From: a bacterium
Lineage (GTDB): Bacteria; Zhuqueibacterota; Zhuqueibacteria; Residuimicrobiales; Krinioviventaceae
NCBI GenBank assembly: GCA_963674595.2
Contig: CAXXFV010000016.1
Location: 64,001 to 128,000, forward strand
Direction of reading: 5' to 3'
DNA length: 64,000 nucleotides
Shown here: positions 30,220 through 40,735 of the stretch, one piece after another
Layout: each line of letters starts with the position of its first letter
Numbering within the stretch: the first letter of the stretch is position 1
Made by a program: the position numbers and the translations under genes
Notes under the pieces: model-generated
What the model was told of the DNA's origin: nothing
The model's input: the letters and a program-made list of their open reading frames with translations, nothing else
The model's database searches: none

Positions 30220-33129
30220 ATGAGAGATAAATTTATAAAAATTGTTTGCAGCAGTATTTTCTTTGTAATCGTGTCAGCCTTTATAGCGGAAGCCCAGGTT
30301 TTATCCGGTGCCGCTTATCTTAAAACTTTGCCGGGGGCACGTATGCAGGCTTTATCGGGTAGTGCAACAGCTTCGCTGGGTGACATACATGCTCAATATG
30401 CAAATCCCGGTACAATTGCATTTTTAAGGGAATGGCAGTGGGCCGCTTCCTATACAAAATGGATTGCTGATGTATATAACGCTTCTTTTTTATATGGAAT
30501 GCGTATTCGTACACCCTGGAGTCCGCATACAAGATTTACAGCCGGAATTTTATATCAGGGAATGCCGGAATTTGACAGTACGGATGGGGCAAAACCGGCA
30601 GAAACAGCAAACGATGCTGTTGTTTCCGTTGGTATGGGCCAGCCCTTACCATTTATCCATAAGAATTTTTCCGTTGGTTTGAATTTAAAATATTTACATT
30701 CCAAATTAGCGCAATACAATGCCTCTTCCATAATGTTTGATGCCGGTGTCGCTTACCGGACACGGCGCTTTGAATTAAAACAAGCTGGTTTTGGTTTTAT
30801 GCGCTGGGGATTTTTTGCGTTTGGCGCTTCCATTACCAACATTGGTCAGGATTTGACCTATATTTCCATAGCAACGCCATTACCACAAACATTACGCACA
30901 GGCCTTGCATTTTATGCCGGCAGCCATTACGGAATGCAGATGCAGGTTTCTGCTGATTATATCAAGATTAAAGACCATGACGGACGCATCGGATTCGGCG
31001 GTGAACTGACATGGAACCGGTTGTTTAGTCTCTGTGCCGGATATGATTATGATGCTGATTTGATGAGCCGGACCTCCTTTGGAATGAGTCTGCAGCTGGA
31101 TGATGTGTATATGCCGGATGACAGTCCCATACCCGGACGAAACAAGAGTATGAGAATTGATGTTGCTTCGGTAGATGAAGATGAATTTTTTTCACGGACC
31201 TACAGAGGAACGTTATCGCATTTTCCCATCGGTCCGGAAGGATTTCGATTCAAAAAACCGGCCATGCATGAAAAAGTTAAAGCAGATAGTATTTATTTAA
31301 ACTGGGAGAGCACCAGAGATCCTGATTTTTATGACGATGTCAGATTGCTGCTGGTTATCAATACGGACAGTTCAAAACTCGCAAATGTTTTAACAACCAT
31401 GCTGGAATCAAGACAGGATATTTTTCAACCACAATTACATGAAGGTTTGTTTTTAGCACAGGAAGTTTTTGACAACAAATTTATTTTACGAAATTTAAAT
31501 GGTGGTGATTATTACTGGGCCGTTATTGCTGCAGATCGTGATTTTCATCTTCGTTTTGCCAATACCGGTAAACACATAATTTCACATTTTGCCGTACCCT
31601 ATCCTGATCTGTTAGTTGAAAATTTAAAATTTGAATATGATCCGTGGATCACGACCGACGATTTTCAGGGATATATTTCTTTTGATGTTGTGAATCGTGG
31701 TGAAAGTCCGGCCTGGAATGTGCCTGTCTCTTTACTTGATTCCACATCCAAAAAACTTTTGGTTGAAAAAGCCTATGAAAAACTGGAAATAAACAAACCC
31801 GAGACGATAAAAATTCCATGGCATACAACACTGGCCGGTGCGCACAGTGTTTGGGCCATGGTGGACGCCGGTAATACAATTCGTGAACTTTTAAAAGACA
31901 ATAATGTTCATGAAGAAAATTTTTACACCATACCCAAGGGCACTTTTTCAACGGCTGATACCAGCAAAATTTTGTTGGTTGCCCAGGTTAACCTGGAGTT
32001 GCCGGTTATCAATGAAGTGTGTATGGACGTAAATTCAACAAAGGTTGATTCAAATTATTTACATCGTTATGTATATGATCCGCCATTGGGTGTTTTTGCC
32101 GAACGTCTTAAAGAATTTCCACATTTACGTTTGAAATTAAAAGGCTATGCTGATTCCAACACAGACAGTGCCACCGTTGAACTTGCCGAGGCACGGGCAA
32201 AAGCTGTCCGGGATTCCTTGATTGATTTGGGTGTAGCCGGAAACCAGATAAAATTCGAAGATGGCGAGGTTTTACCGGAACGTCGTGTTCCGGCCAATCC
32301 TGTTGACGCCAAACGTGTTTTTCATGAACGCCGGTATGTCAAAGTGGATGCCGAAGGCACCGCAACATATTCTCTTTTTGCACCGGTATTGCATCAGGAT
32401 TTTGAGGACGTAAAATTACCGGTTGTTTTCCAGTCTGATATTAAAGGCGTCGTCCCGATAACGGAATGTGTGCTTGGTGTTTATAACGATCTTTATGCTG
32501 AAAGTGTGGATATTTTACCATTTGCTGATGGTAAAGGAAGTGTTATTGACAGTGTCATGTGGCATCCTTTTAAAAACCCGGAACGGATTATTGAAGACTG
32601 GGTCAAGAAGGAGTTGAGCTATACCATCCTGTTAAAAGATAATATGGGACGGATTTTTAAAACCCATGAAAACAACAGCTTTTTAATTGAATTTTTATTC
32701 CTGCGTGAACATCGTATATGTTTTCCGTTGAAATTTGCAAACACAGACCCATTGTATGATTTTTACTGGGCGCGTATTTATTCCATGGCAAACTCGATGT
32801 TTAATGAAAATAATATGCGGATGCGTTTTGAAGGCCATGCTTGCGCAATAGGTCCCGAAGAAGTTAATGACAGATTGTCCAAACGACGTGCAAAATCTTT
32901 TTATAATGGTTTTGTTAAATATGTTCAGGCCAGAAATCCGGAAGATTTTGAAATGTTTGTCTCCCGAATGGATGAACCAAAAGGTTATGGTGAAAGTTTG
33001 CCGCTTCAGATCGTTCGTTTGAACGGTGATGTTATTCTTATTGGTGATAATAATGATCCGGTTGGAAGAAAATTCAACAGAAGAATTGAAATTGTGTTCT
33101 ATTCCACAGAAAAGTTTGTAATAAAATAA
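30220..33129 (+). CDS. PorV/UPF0164-family barrel fused to FN3-like, CARDB and two OmpA-like peptidoglycan-binding domains
   Basis: N-terminal GAAYL...PGAR..AL.G...A...D..A...NPG motif; CARDB PDLLVENL..VNRG..VDAGNTIRE...NN; OmpA-1 KGYADS..LAEARAKAVRD; OmpA-2 EGHAC.IG...N..LSKRRA..GYGE..NRRIE. Starts 2 nt after the upstream stop. Confidence 0.75.
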   Translation: MRDKFIKIVCSSIFFVIVSAFIAEAQVLSGAAYLKTLPGARMQALSGSATASLGDIHAQYANPGTIAFLREWQWAASYTKWIADVYNASFLYGMRIRTPWSPHTRFTAGILYQGMPEFDSTDGAKPAETANDAVVSVGMGQPLPFIHKNFSVGLNLKYLHSKLAQYNASSIMFDAGVAYRTRRFELKQAGFGFMRWGFFAFGASITNIGQDLTYISIATPLPQTLRTGLAFYAGSHYGMQMQVSADYIKIKDHDGRIGFGGELTWNRLFSLCAGYDYDADLMSRTSFGMSLQLDDVYMPDDSPIPGRNKSMRIDVASVDEDEFFSRTYRGTLSHFPIGPEGFRFKKPAMHEKVKADSIYLNWESTRDPDFYDDVRLLLVINTDSSKLANVLTTMLESRQDIFQPQLHEGLFLAQEVFDNKFILRNLNGGDYYWAVIAADRDFHLRFANTGKHIISHFAVPYPDLLVENLKFEYDPWITTDDFQGYISFDVVNRGESPAWNVPVSLLDSTSKKLLVEKAYEKLEINKPETIKIPWHTTLAGAHSVWAMVDAGNTIRELLKDNNVHEENFYTIPKGTFSTADTSKILLVAQVNLELPVINEVCMDVNSTKVDSNYLHRYVYDPPLGVFAERLKEFPHLRLKLKGYADSNTDSATVELAEARAKAVRDSLIDLGVAGNQIKFEDGEVLPERRVPANPVDAKRVFHERRYVKVDAEGTATYSLFAPVLHQDFEDVKLPVVFQSDIKGVVPITECVLGVYNDLYAESVDILPFADGKGSVIDSVMWHPFKNPERIIEDWVKKELSYTILLKDNMGRIFKTHENNSFLIEFLFLREHRICFPLKFANTDPLYDFYWARIYSMANSMFNENNMRMRFEGHACAIGPEEVNDRLSKRRAKSFYNGFVKYVQARNPEDFEMFVSRMDEPKGYGESLPLQIVRLNGDVILIGDNNDPVGRKFNRRIEIVFYSTEKFVIK

Positions 33130-33153
33130 GTCCCGTATTATACGGGACTTTTT
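33128..33153. terminator. Intrinsic terminator between convergent genes
   Basis: aagtcccgta-tta-tacgggactt followed by ttt. Confidence 0.75.
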
Positions 33154-34011
33154 CTACAGATAATTTCTCAAATATTTGAGGCTTTTTTCAATGTCCTCAA
33201 GAATGGAACCGGTCGAACTGTCCTGTTCCACAATATACCATGCTACGCCTGCTTTTTGTCCCGCCTCAAGCACCGCTGGAATGTCGACAATCCCTGAGCC
33301 CACAGGTACAGGTTGTGTTTTTTCCGAATCTGCCAAATCTTTTAAATGCAGCATCGGGCATCTGTCGCTATACCTGGCGATTAATTCAGCAGGGTTAACC
33401 CCGGCATGATGGACCCACGCTACGTCCATTTCAATTTGTACAAATTCGGGGTGTGTCGTTTCAAATATAATATCAAAAATTGTTTTACCTTCAATTTTAT
33501 CAAATTCGAAGGAATGATTGTGGTAACAAAGCTGAATTCCGGCATCTTTAACAGCCTGTCCGTATTCATCCATTTTTTTGGCAAAAGCTGTGACGCTTTC
33601 CAAACCATTTTCGCGCCATTTTCCCGGCATTGAAGGTACGACAATATTGGGACTGTTGATTTCCTTGTGAAAGTCAATAGTTCCCTGAAGATCATTTTCA
33701 AGAGCTTCGAAACCGATATGTGTTCCGGCACATAATAAACCGGTTTCTTTTAAAAGCTGGACGATTTGCGTTGATGTTAATCCACCATAACCGGCAAATT
33801 CAACAGCATTGTACCCGATTTCAGCAATTTTTTTAACCGTTCCCGTAAAATCATTTTTCAAATGGTCCCGAACCGTATAGAGTTGAATTCCAATTGGAAT
33901 TTGTTTATTGTTTTTCATATTACATCCTGTTAATGATAAAATTCCTGCACTCATTGTTGCGCCTGCAGCTAAAATACGTTTGGTAAAATCTCTTCGTGAA
34001 AGACTATCCAT
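33154..34011 (-). CDS. Tat-exported sugar phosphate isomerase/epimerase (xylose-isomerase-like TIM barrel)
   Basis: SRRDFTK Tat motif; IGIQLYTVR, VEFAG, YHNHSFEF, EMDVAW, HLKD, IVEQD; RBS aggagg. Confidence 0.85.
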   Translation of the reverse strand: MDSLSRRDFTKRILAAGATMSAGILSLTGCNMKNNKQIPIGIQLYTVRDHLKNDFTGTVKKIAEIGYNAVEFAGYGGLTSTQIVQLLKETGLLCAGTHIGFEALENDLQGTIDFHKEINSPNIVVPSMPGKWRENGLESVTAFAKKMDEYGQAVKDAGIQLCYHNHSFEFDKIEGKTIFDIIFETTHPEFVQIEMDVAWVHHAGVNPAELIARYSDRCPMLHLKDLADSEKTQPVPVGSGIVDIPAVLEAGQKAGVAWYIVEQDSSTGSILEDIEKSLKYLRNYL

Positions 34012-34026
34012 AGTCACCTCCTTAAA

Positions 34027-35430
34027 TTATTCATTAGTTTTTTCTTCGTTTTTTATTTTTGCCATTGTTATTCCGGTATACCCATAAAAAATAGAAATCA
34101 GCGGGTTAATCAGGTTTAAAAAAGCAAAGGGCAGATAGGCAAACGGGAAAACACCCAATGTAGCCCACATATAAGCTCCGCCGGTGTTCCAGGGAATGAG
34201 AGAAGATGTTAGAGTGCCACCGTCTTCCAAACAGCGCGACAGGTTTTTGGATTCCAAATTTGCTTTTTTAAATGCCTTCCGATACATCCGTCCCGGAACA
34301 ATGATGGATAAATACTGGTCCGGCGCCAGTATATTCATGCTGATGCATGTTAATATGGTTGCTAAAACGAGTGAACCGGTTTTTTTTGCAATTGTTAAAA
34401 TGGCTGATGCAATTTTGTCCAGCATACCGGTGACTTCCATGGCGCCGCCAAATGAGAGTGCACATAATATAAGCGCGACTGTAGAAAGCATACTTTCCAT
34501 ACCGCCACGGCTAAGCAAAACATCAACTGGTTTATAGCCTGTTTCCGAAATATATCCGTTTTGGGCCACATCCAATACATTTCCCACAGGCGTATGTTGA
34601 AAAATGACCGCGCAGACTCCACCCAATACAGCGCCGAACAGTAACGCCGGCAAGGCCGGAACTCGAAAGATTACCATAGCGATAACCAGCACCGGCGGTA
34701 TAAATAAAAACCAGCCGATGTTAAAATTGCCTTGGATAACTGTTAAGATATTCTGGATGGTTTCCAATTGAAGATTGTTTTGAGTGTATTTTAATCCTAA
34801 TATTCCATATAAAATGAGGGATATCAGTAAACTCGGACCTGTGGTGAATGCCATGTGACGGATATGGCTGAACATGTCGGAACCGGCAACAGCGGGTGCC
34901 AGGTTTGTTGTGTCCGACAGCGGGGACATTTTATCACCAAAATAGGAACCGGAAATGATAGCGCCTGCCACCATCGGCAGCGGCACACCCAGACCTTGAC
35001 CGACACCGATAAGGGCAATACCGACTGTTCCTGCCGTGGACCATGAACTTCCGGTTGCCAGGGAAACAAGGCTGCATATTAAACAGGTCGCCAAAAGAAA
35101 TATAGATGGGGATAGTATCTGCAAACCATAATAAATCATGGTTGGCACAATACCACTGATGATCCAGGTGCCGATTAAAAGCCCGATAACCATCAAAATC
35201 AAACAGGCCTGCATGGCAATAGCAATCCCCTTGACGATTCCCTTTTCAATTTCTTTATAGGAATACCCCAAATATAATCCCATAAAAACAGCCGCAGCCG
35301 TACCGCCGATGAGAGGAATATGGGGCTGGCCTTTATATAAAAACACATTCAGGCCAAGAAATGTAATCATAATGATGACGGGTATCAGCGCCTGATAAAG
35401 TTTCAAGTCTTTGTATGTTTTGTTGTTCAT
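34027..35430 (-). CDS. nhaC: NhaC-family Na+/H+ antiporter or amino-acid/organic-acid transporter
   Basis: ATGSSWSTAGTVG, SGSYFGDKMSPLSDTTNLA, SRGGMESM, LSRCLEDGGT, LIPWN. Confidence 0.9.
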   Translation of the reverse strand: MNNKTYKDLKLYQALIPVIIMITFLGLNVFLYKGQPHIPLIGGTAAAVFMGLYLGYSYKEIEKGIVKGIAIAMQACLILMVIGLLIGTWIISGIVPTMIYYGLQILSPSIFLLATCLICSLVSLATGSSWSTAGTVGIALIGVGQGLGVPLPMVAGAIISGSYFGDKMSPLSDTTNLAPAVAGSDMFSHIRHMAFTTGPSLLISLILYGILGLKYTQNNLQLETIQNILTVIQGNFNIGWFLFIPPVLVIAMVIFRVPALPALLFGAVLGGVCAVIFQHTPVGNVLDVAQNGYISETGYKPVDVLLSRGGMESMLSTVALILCALSFGGAMEVTGMLDKIASAILTIAKKTGSLVLATILTCISMNILAPDQYLSIIVPGRMYRKAFKKANLESKNLSRCLEDGGTLTSSLIPWNTGGAYMWATLGVFPFAYLPFAFLNLINPLISIFYGYTGITMAKIKNEEKTNE

Positions 35431-35452
35431 AGAAAATCAAGTATTGTTAAAA

Positions 35453-36340
35453 TTAATTGTTTTCCTGCCATTTTTTTACGATAGAGATGAATTTACTGGG
35501 TTCATCCGTGGCATACCAGCGAATGCCCATATCCAAAAGTGTAAATAGATTTGTTTCTTCAAAATGAAACGGAAATACTTCAAGATCGATACCGGCTTTT
35601 TGTGTAACTGAAATAGCTTTTTGCAATTCGGTTTTATCGAGTTGATATCTCCATTCCGTATATTCCTGCAGGTCGTTTAAATGCAACTGGACCTGGTCCA
35701 GTCCTTCAAACCCGTTTCCAGATGCTTTTTGAAATTTTTCTGTTATTGCTTCTGCAGAGCCGCCGATCCATAACATGGTCCTGACACCATGTGCAATTTT
35801 TTTCAGGGTTTTGCATTCTTCCTGTTTCGGACTGGCAATCAATATCTGTGCACCCAGCGAGTAAGAGTCGATCATGGCACCGAGTTTTTCAAGATTCACG
35901 TTTTTTAAATCCAGATAGATCAAATAGTCCGGATGTTTCTTCATTATATTAAAGACCTGTTCAAGTGTTGGGATGCGCTGGTCTTTAAAAGATTCGTTAA
36001 AAAACGAACCGGCGTCCAAATTTTTTATATCATTATAAAGCATGGAAGAGACTTTATCGTCTTTAATTTCATCCGCTGCATTTGTTGTTCGTGCCAGGGT
36101 CGGATCGTGCAGGCAAATAATGACGCTGTCTTTGGTTGACCGAATGTCTGCCTCCGGAATGCCGCCGAGTTTCCAGGTATATGCAAATGCTGCCGGGGTA
36201 TTGTCCGGCATTTCGTGCAAACCTCCGCCCCGGTGTGCCTGCCAAAAAATTTTGTTGGAATTGTTTTTAGCGGGGTTATTACAATTCATTAATACAAAAC
36301 ATAATGATAACAGAGCGAAAACCTTGATGTATCGGTGCAT
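35453..36340 (-). CDS. Glycerophosphodiester phosphodiesterase family (lipo)protein
   Basis: AHRGG, PDNT, E.DI..TKD...CLHD.TL.RTT, LDAGS.F, IPTLEQV, TD.P. Confidence 0.85.
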   Translation of the reverse strand: MHRYIKVFALLSLCFVLMNCNNPAKNNSNKIFWQAHRGGGLHEMPDNTPAAFAYTWKLGGIPEADIRSTKDSVIICLHDPTLARTTNAADEIKDDKVSSMLYNDIKNLDAGSFFNESFKDQRIPTLEQVFNIMKKHPDYLIYLDLKNVNLEKLGAMIDSYSLGAQILIASPKQEECKTLKKIAHGVRTMLWIGGSAEAITEKFQKASGNGFEGLDQVQLHLNDLQEYTEWRYQLDKTELQKAISVTQKAGIDLEVFPFHFEETNLFTLLDMGIRWYATDEPSKFISIVKKWQENN

Positions 36341-36450
36341 CTGAAATCCTCCGAAAAGAATAGAGTATATTTTTATGTAATTAAGGAATATTAATTGTAA
36401 AATTCCAGATTAATAATTAAAATTTTTTTATAAAAATATCGGAATTATGC

Positions 36451-36479
36451 TTGACATCCTTTGGCTACCTTTATATATT
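36451..36479 (+). promoter_or_regulatory. Putative sigma70 promoter for the GxGYxYP gene cluster
   Basis: TTGACA-N17-TATATT; the track's TTG start at 36451 is this -35 box. Confidence 0.6.
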
Positions 36480-36522
36480 TTATAATATTATCGAGTTGAA
36501 TCTGCATTTTGCAGGAGTGAAC

Positions 36523-38590
36523 GTGGAACGACGTACATTTTGTAAATCGGCTGTATTGGGTGCAGGGGGCTTTGCTATGGGTTCTTTTGCCTGCTCGTCT
36601 TTTCAAAACGTTCCATCGATTTTTCCAAAAAGCAAACCACCGGAAAAACTGGACGTTTGTCTGTTGAAATCCGATTTAAGCTGGACAGAGAAAAATTTAT
36701 TAACCTGTCTTCAGGGTTTGGTGAATCGTGAAAGACCGATAATCTATTACATTATTGCCCCTCAGGATAAATTTTGGCTGGATTATTATAAAAGTTCCTT
36801 TGGTGTGGATTATGTACAAGTTGAAGGTCCTGACCAGCTTTATAAAAAATATATGGACCGCATAGCCGGATATGTTCTTTATGATGAGAAAATACCCCAT
36901 TCACTTAATGTGGCTACCACAATCGGCGGTGTAAAAAATGCGTTACCGATCAGTAAAAATGCACAACGATTTGCAGAATCCTGTGGATTGAAACAGATTG
37001 ATGAGGTGCCGCCTGGTTTGAGCGATATGTTCGGATTGTATGAATGGGCCCTGGCAAATTATTTACCCGATTGTTATGACAAAATAATCGCACAACTCTG
37101 TGTTCATTCACCGCACTGGCCGACCAGTACCTATACAAACAGGGATTATGTAATTGCCCACAAAATTTTTTCTCTGGATATTTCATCCTCAGAAAGAGAC
37201 AAACAAGACTATAATCTGTTAAAAAAAATATATCAGCGTTATAATCCTGGTGCAATGGTAATTGGCTGGCATTGTGTGCGGGATAAAGAACACGAGGCCA
37301 TTGGCCTGGCCGCACAATTCGGTCATTACGGGATATGTAACTTGAATACCCCTAATATGAGCGTACATGCAAGTGTTCCGCTTGACCGGAAAAAGAAATT
37401 CAAACAACGGAAAAGAACTGAAAAAGATTTAAAGCTTGAAAATAAAGTATACATTGCGCTTATGGCAACGGACGGTGATGCGGCCTGGTTTATGCGTGAC
37501 CTGGTCGGCACAGATTGGGCTGATCCTTTGCACGGTACGTTCAAGTACAATTGGGGATTTTTGCCCCTGGCTTATGATTTAATGCCGGGAACGGTTCAAT
37601 ACTATCTGGAAAATATGCATAAAAATGATTATTTTGTGGCCGGTCCCGCTGGTGCGGCTTATACATATCCATTCCTGCACCCGGACCCAAAACAGTTTTT
37701 AAAGCTATCCCGATATTATATGAATAAATGCGGTTTAAAAACGGTTCATATGACTAACTGGAATGATCGGGACTGGTGGCAGGAAGTGGATGTGCCGGAC
37801 TTTACACAATTGTTACGTGAACAACTGCCGGAATGTGTCGGTTTTGTGCGAGGTATGGGTGAATCGGCTTTTGAGAAAAGTTATCTTCAGGACAAACAGC
37901 CTTATATTTTCTGCGGAGAAGGTATTCACCGGAACAGTGATATTTATCAGACCTATAAAGATTTTTTGGAAGCGTGTCCGCAGCGCCCGCTTTTTATTTA
38001 TTCATTGGTGAACCATTCGGTACCACTCTATCAAACCAAAGAAGCTTTTGATAAATTTGAAAACGAAAATATTGAATTTGTTCATCTTGATGAATTGCTG
38101 CTGCTTGTTAAAATGGCCTGCAAGCAGGGAATTATCAAAGAAAATTTGTACCCGGATAAAACGAAATTAAAATTGTTATTAGAAAAAGAGGCCAGAAAAG
38201 GCTGGATTTCTTTTTATTCGGGTTTATTGGAATGGAAAAGCCAATTTAATGGCTCTGAAAAGGACTATATAGCGGAAATTAAACAATTGCCGATCGGTTT
38301 GGAACATATTCATGCCGGTGAGTTTTTGGCTTTTTCCACCATTTGGCATGCCATGACACTTGTTAAATTGACCCTTGAAAGCAAGGGAATTTATGTTAAT
38401 CATAAACCAAGAGCGAATAAAAGGTTTATTAAAGAGTTTGCAGACATTTTAAATGTTGATATAATTTTAACGTGCCAACTGATCTGGAACAACTGGCATA
38501 AACAAACTATGGATTATGAGCAGGCAAAAAGTATGGCATTAGATTTCACTGGATTAGCAGATAAAATCGAATACATTAATTTTTTCATAA
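36523..38590 (+). CDS. Tat-exported GxGYxYP-domain putative glycoside hydrolase (3' end inferred; reads through into the next gene in this assembly)
   Basis: GTG start after aggag; ERRTFCK Tat motif; LQGLVNR, DGD, GPAGAAYTYP. Removing one T from the run at 38580-38585 gives TAA at 38588-38590. Confidence 0.7.
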
Positions 38591-38601
38591 AGGACGATAC
38601 T

Positions 38602-39504
38602 ATGGCGGTTATTTGCGGAAAATCAACAAATCGGCGTGATTTTTTAAAAACAACATTACTATCTTTTGGCGCTGTTTTAACGCTGGATATGACCAGGGTA
38701 TCAGCAGCATCAAATAAAACAGTAAAATGGGCCCTGCTCTCTGATACACATATTCCTCAGGATGTGCAAAATTCATATCGTGGCTTTTTCCCTTATAATA
38801 ATCTTGAGAAAATAATACCTTTAATAAAAAATGAAAATTACGACGGCGCCGTCATTACAGGCGACCTGGCACGACTTGAGGGTAAAGTCGGGGATTATGA
38901 AAATTTAAAAAAGCTTGTTCAACCGGCCCTGAAATCTTTTCCTTTTTTAATGTCTTTGGGAAATCATGATCATCGCGATAATTTTAAAAGTGTTTTTTTC
39001 TGATGTGATCTATGGCGAAAAACAGGATATAAAGAAAAAACATGTTCTGGTTGTCAATACCGGCGATCTTGATTTTGTCGTGCTGGATTCGTTATTGTTT
39101 ACCAATAAAACGCCCGGACTTTTAGGGAAAGACCAGCGTGAGTGGCTGCAGGGATTTCTGGAAAAGTCGGATGACAAGCCGGTTGTCTTTTTTTTACATC
39201 ATCCTCTGGATGACGGCGACGGAAGTTTGCTGGATTCCGGTTGAACTTGGTTTTTGAAAATTATTGAGCCGTTTGATAATGTAAAAGCAGTTGTTTTCGG
39301 GCATTCGCACCGATATGATATGGGAGTTTATAAAAATATAAACATTGGATAAACTTGCCGGCTACAGGCTATAATTTTGATGACAGTGACGCAGTTGGTT
39401 ATATTGATGCTGAATTTGATAAAAATGGGTATCGTTTAACGTTAAAAGCGATTGCCGGAAATATGGAGCAAAATAATCAAACAACAAAACTGGAATGGTT
39501 ATAA
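38602..39504 (+). CDS. Tat-exported calcineurin-like metallophosphoesterase (CpdA/Icc-like), disrupted by several indels and an in-frame TGA
   Basis: Own RBS (aagga) and ATG; NRRDFLK; SDTH, TGDL, GNHD, HHP, GHSH spread over several frames; final frame HWINLPATGY...LEWL-stop. Confidence 0.75.
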
Positions 39505-39520
39505 AATGTGAGGGTACATT

Positions 39521-40690
39521 ATGAAAAAACTGAGTCTCCTTTTACCGTTCTTACTTTCTCTTTATTTTGTTTTGTGGTATTCCTGAAAATCAGAAGGGAT
39601 TACCGGAAGCCGAAAGAAAAGAAGGATTTGTACGATTGTTTGATGCAAAAACTCTATTCGGGTGGAAAAATTACAGCGGACCGCAGGTGGTCGGTTATGG
39701 ACGGAATGTTAGTTGGTCCGTCCGATTCTTCCGGATGGCTGGGTACTGAAAAAACGTACAAAGATTTTGTCCTTCGTCTGGAATACTGGATTGATCCGGG
39801 CGAAACCGGCTGGTCAAACAGCGGCATTTTTATCCGGGCGGACAGTACGAATACTCCCTGGAATGAGGGTTATGAAATTCAAATTGATTTAAAAGATGTT
39901 AAAAATCCTACCGGCAGTATTTATAACCGGGGTCCCTACCAAAATTGAGCAGGTTCGTGAAATTGCTCCTGAAAAAAACTGGAACCAGGTGGAAATTAAA
40001 GCTGTGGGTGAACGTATTCAGGTGTGGATAAACGGTCATCAACTGCAGGACGCTACATGGCATGGCAGAGATAACGGTTTTATCGGTGTTCAGCAGCATC
40101 ATAAAGGTGTTACTGTAAAATACCGAAATATTCGTGTCAAAGAATTAACTGAAGCGGATGCGGAACAAGGCTGGATTTCTTTGTTCAATGGAGAGAACCT
40201 GGATGGCTGGTTTGTTCGCGGAAAGGCCCAGTGGGTGGTTTTAGATGGTATTTTAACCGGAATAGATGGTATGGGCCATATATACGCAGACCCTGTTCTT
40301 ACCGATTGTGAAGTTCGGGGAATGTTCCGGGTCAGTGAAAACGGCAACAGCGGCCTCTATTTTCGCAGTAATCCGCCTAAAGATAACCCGGATGGTTTTC
40401 CGCGCGGATATGAAGCGCAAATTAATAATCACGGTGATGCGTTTACAGGATGGTTGTGGAAACCCGGAACACCAACCGGTAAAGCAAAAGACCTTGTTAC
40501 GCGCGACGATCAGTGGTTTTCACTTCACGTTAAAGTTGTTCAGGACAGTGTGAAAATATGGGTCAATGGTCAGTTGATGACGGAACACCAGGATGATGAA
40601 TACAAAAAAGGACATTTTGCCATTCAGGGACATAATCCCGGAATGAAAATTGAAGCCAGAGATTTATATTACAGAGATTTAAGTAAATAG
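39521..40690 (+). CDS. Tandem DUF1080 (3-keto-disaccharide hydrolase-like) protein, probable lipoprotein, with ~3 frameshifts in the 5' half
   Basis: Two copies of G(F/W)..LF.G..L.GW, NSG...R, GYE.QI, GHF/GFI.(I/V)Q.H; pieces lie in track ORFs 39567, 39508 and 39896. Confidence 0.8.
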
Positions 40691-40693
40691 AAC

Positions 40694-40727
40694 AAAAAAG
40701 GACCTCTTATAAAGGGGTCCTTTTTTT
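40694..40727. terminator. Bidirectional intrinsic terminator
   Basis: aaaaaaggacctctt-ata-aaggggtccttttttt. Confidence 0.8.
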
Positions 40728-40735
40728 ATAATTAT

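Noticed and set aside
36451-39003. 850-aa GxGYxYP-metallophosphoesterase fusion in the ORF track
   Set aside because: An internal RBS, ATG and second Tat signal lie at 38602, and one fewer T at 38580-38585 gives a stop. The TTG start at 36451 is a -35 box. Most likely two genes joined by an indel.
39242-39244. In-frame TGA as selenocysteine or genetic-code reassignment
   Set aside because: Not at a catalytic Cys position, no obvious SECIS hairpin, lies in an indel-rich stretch, and TGA terminates other genes normally (e.g. 3846, 5864).
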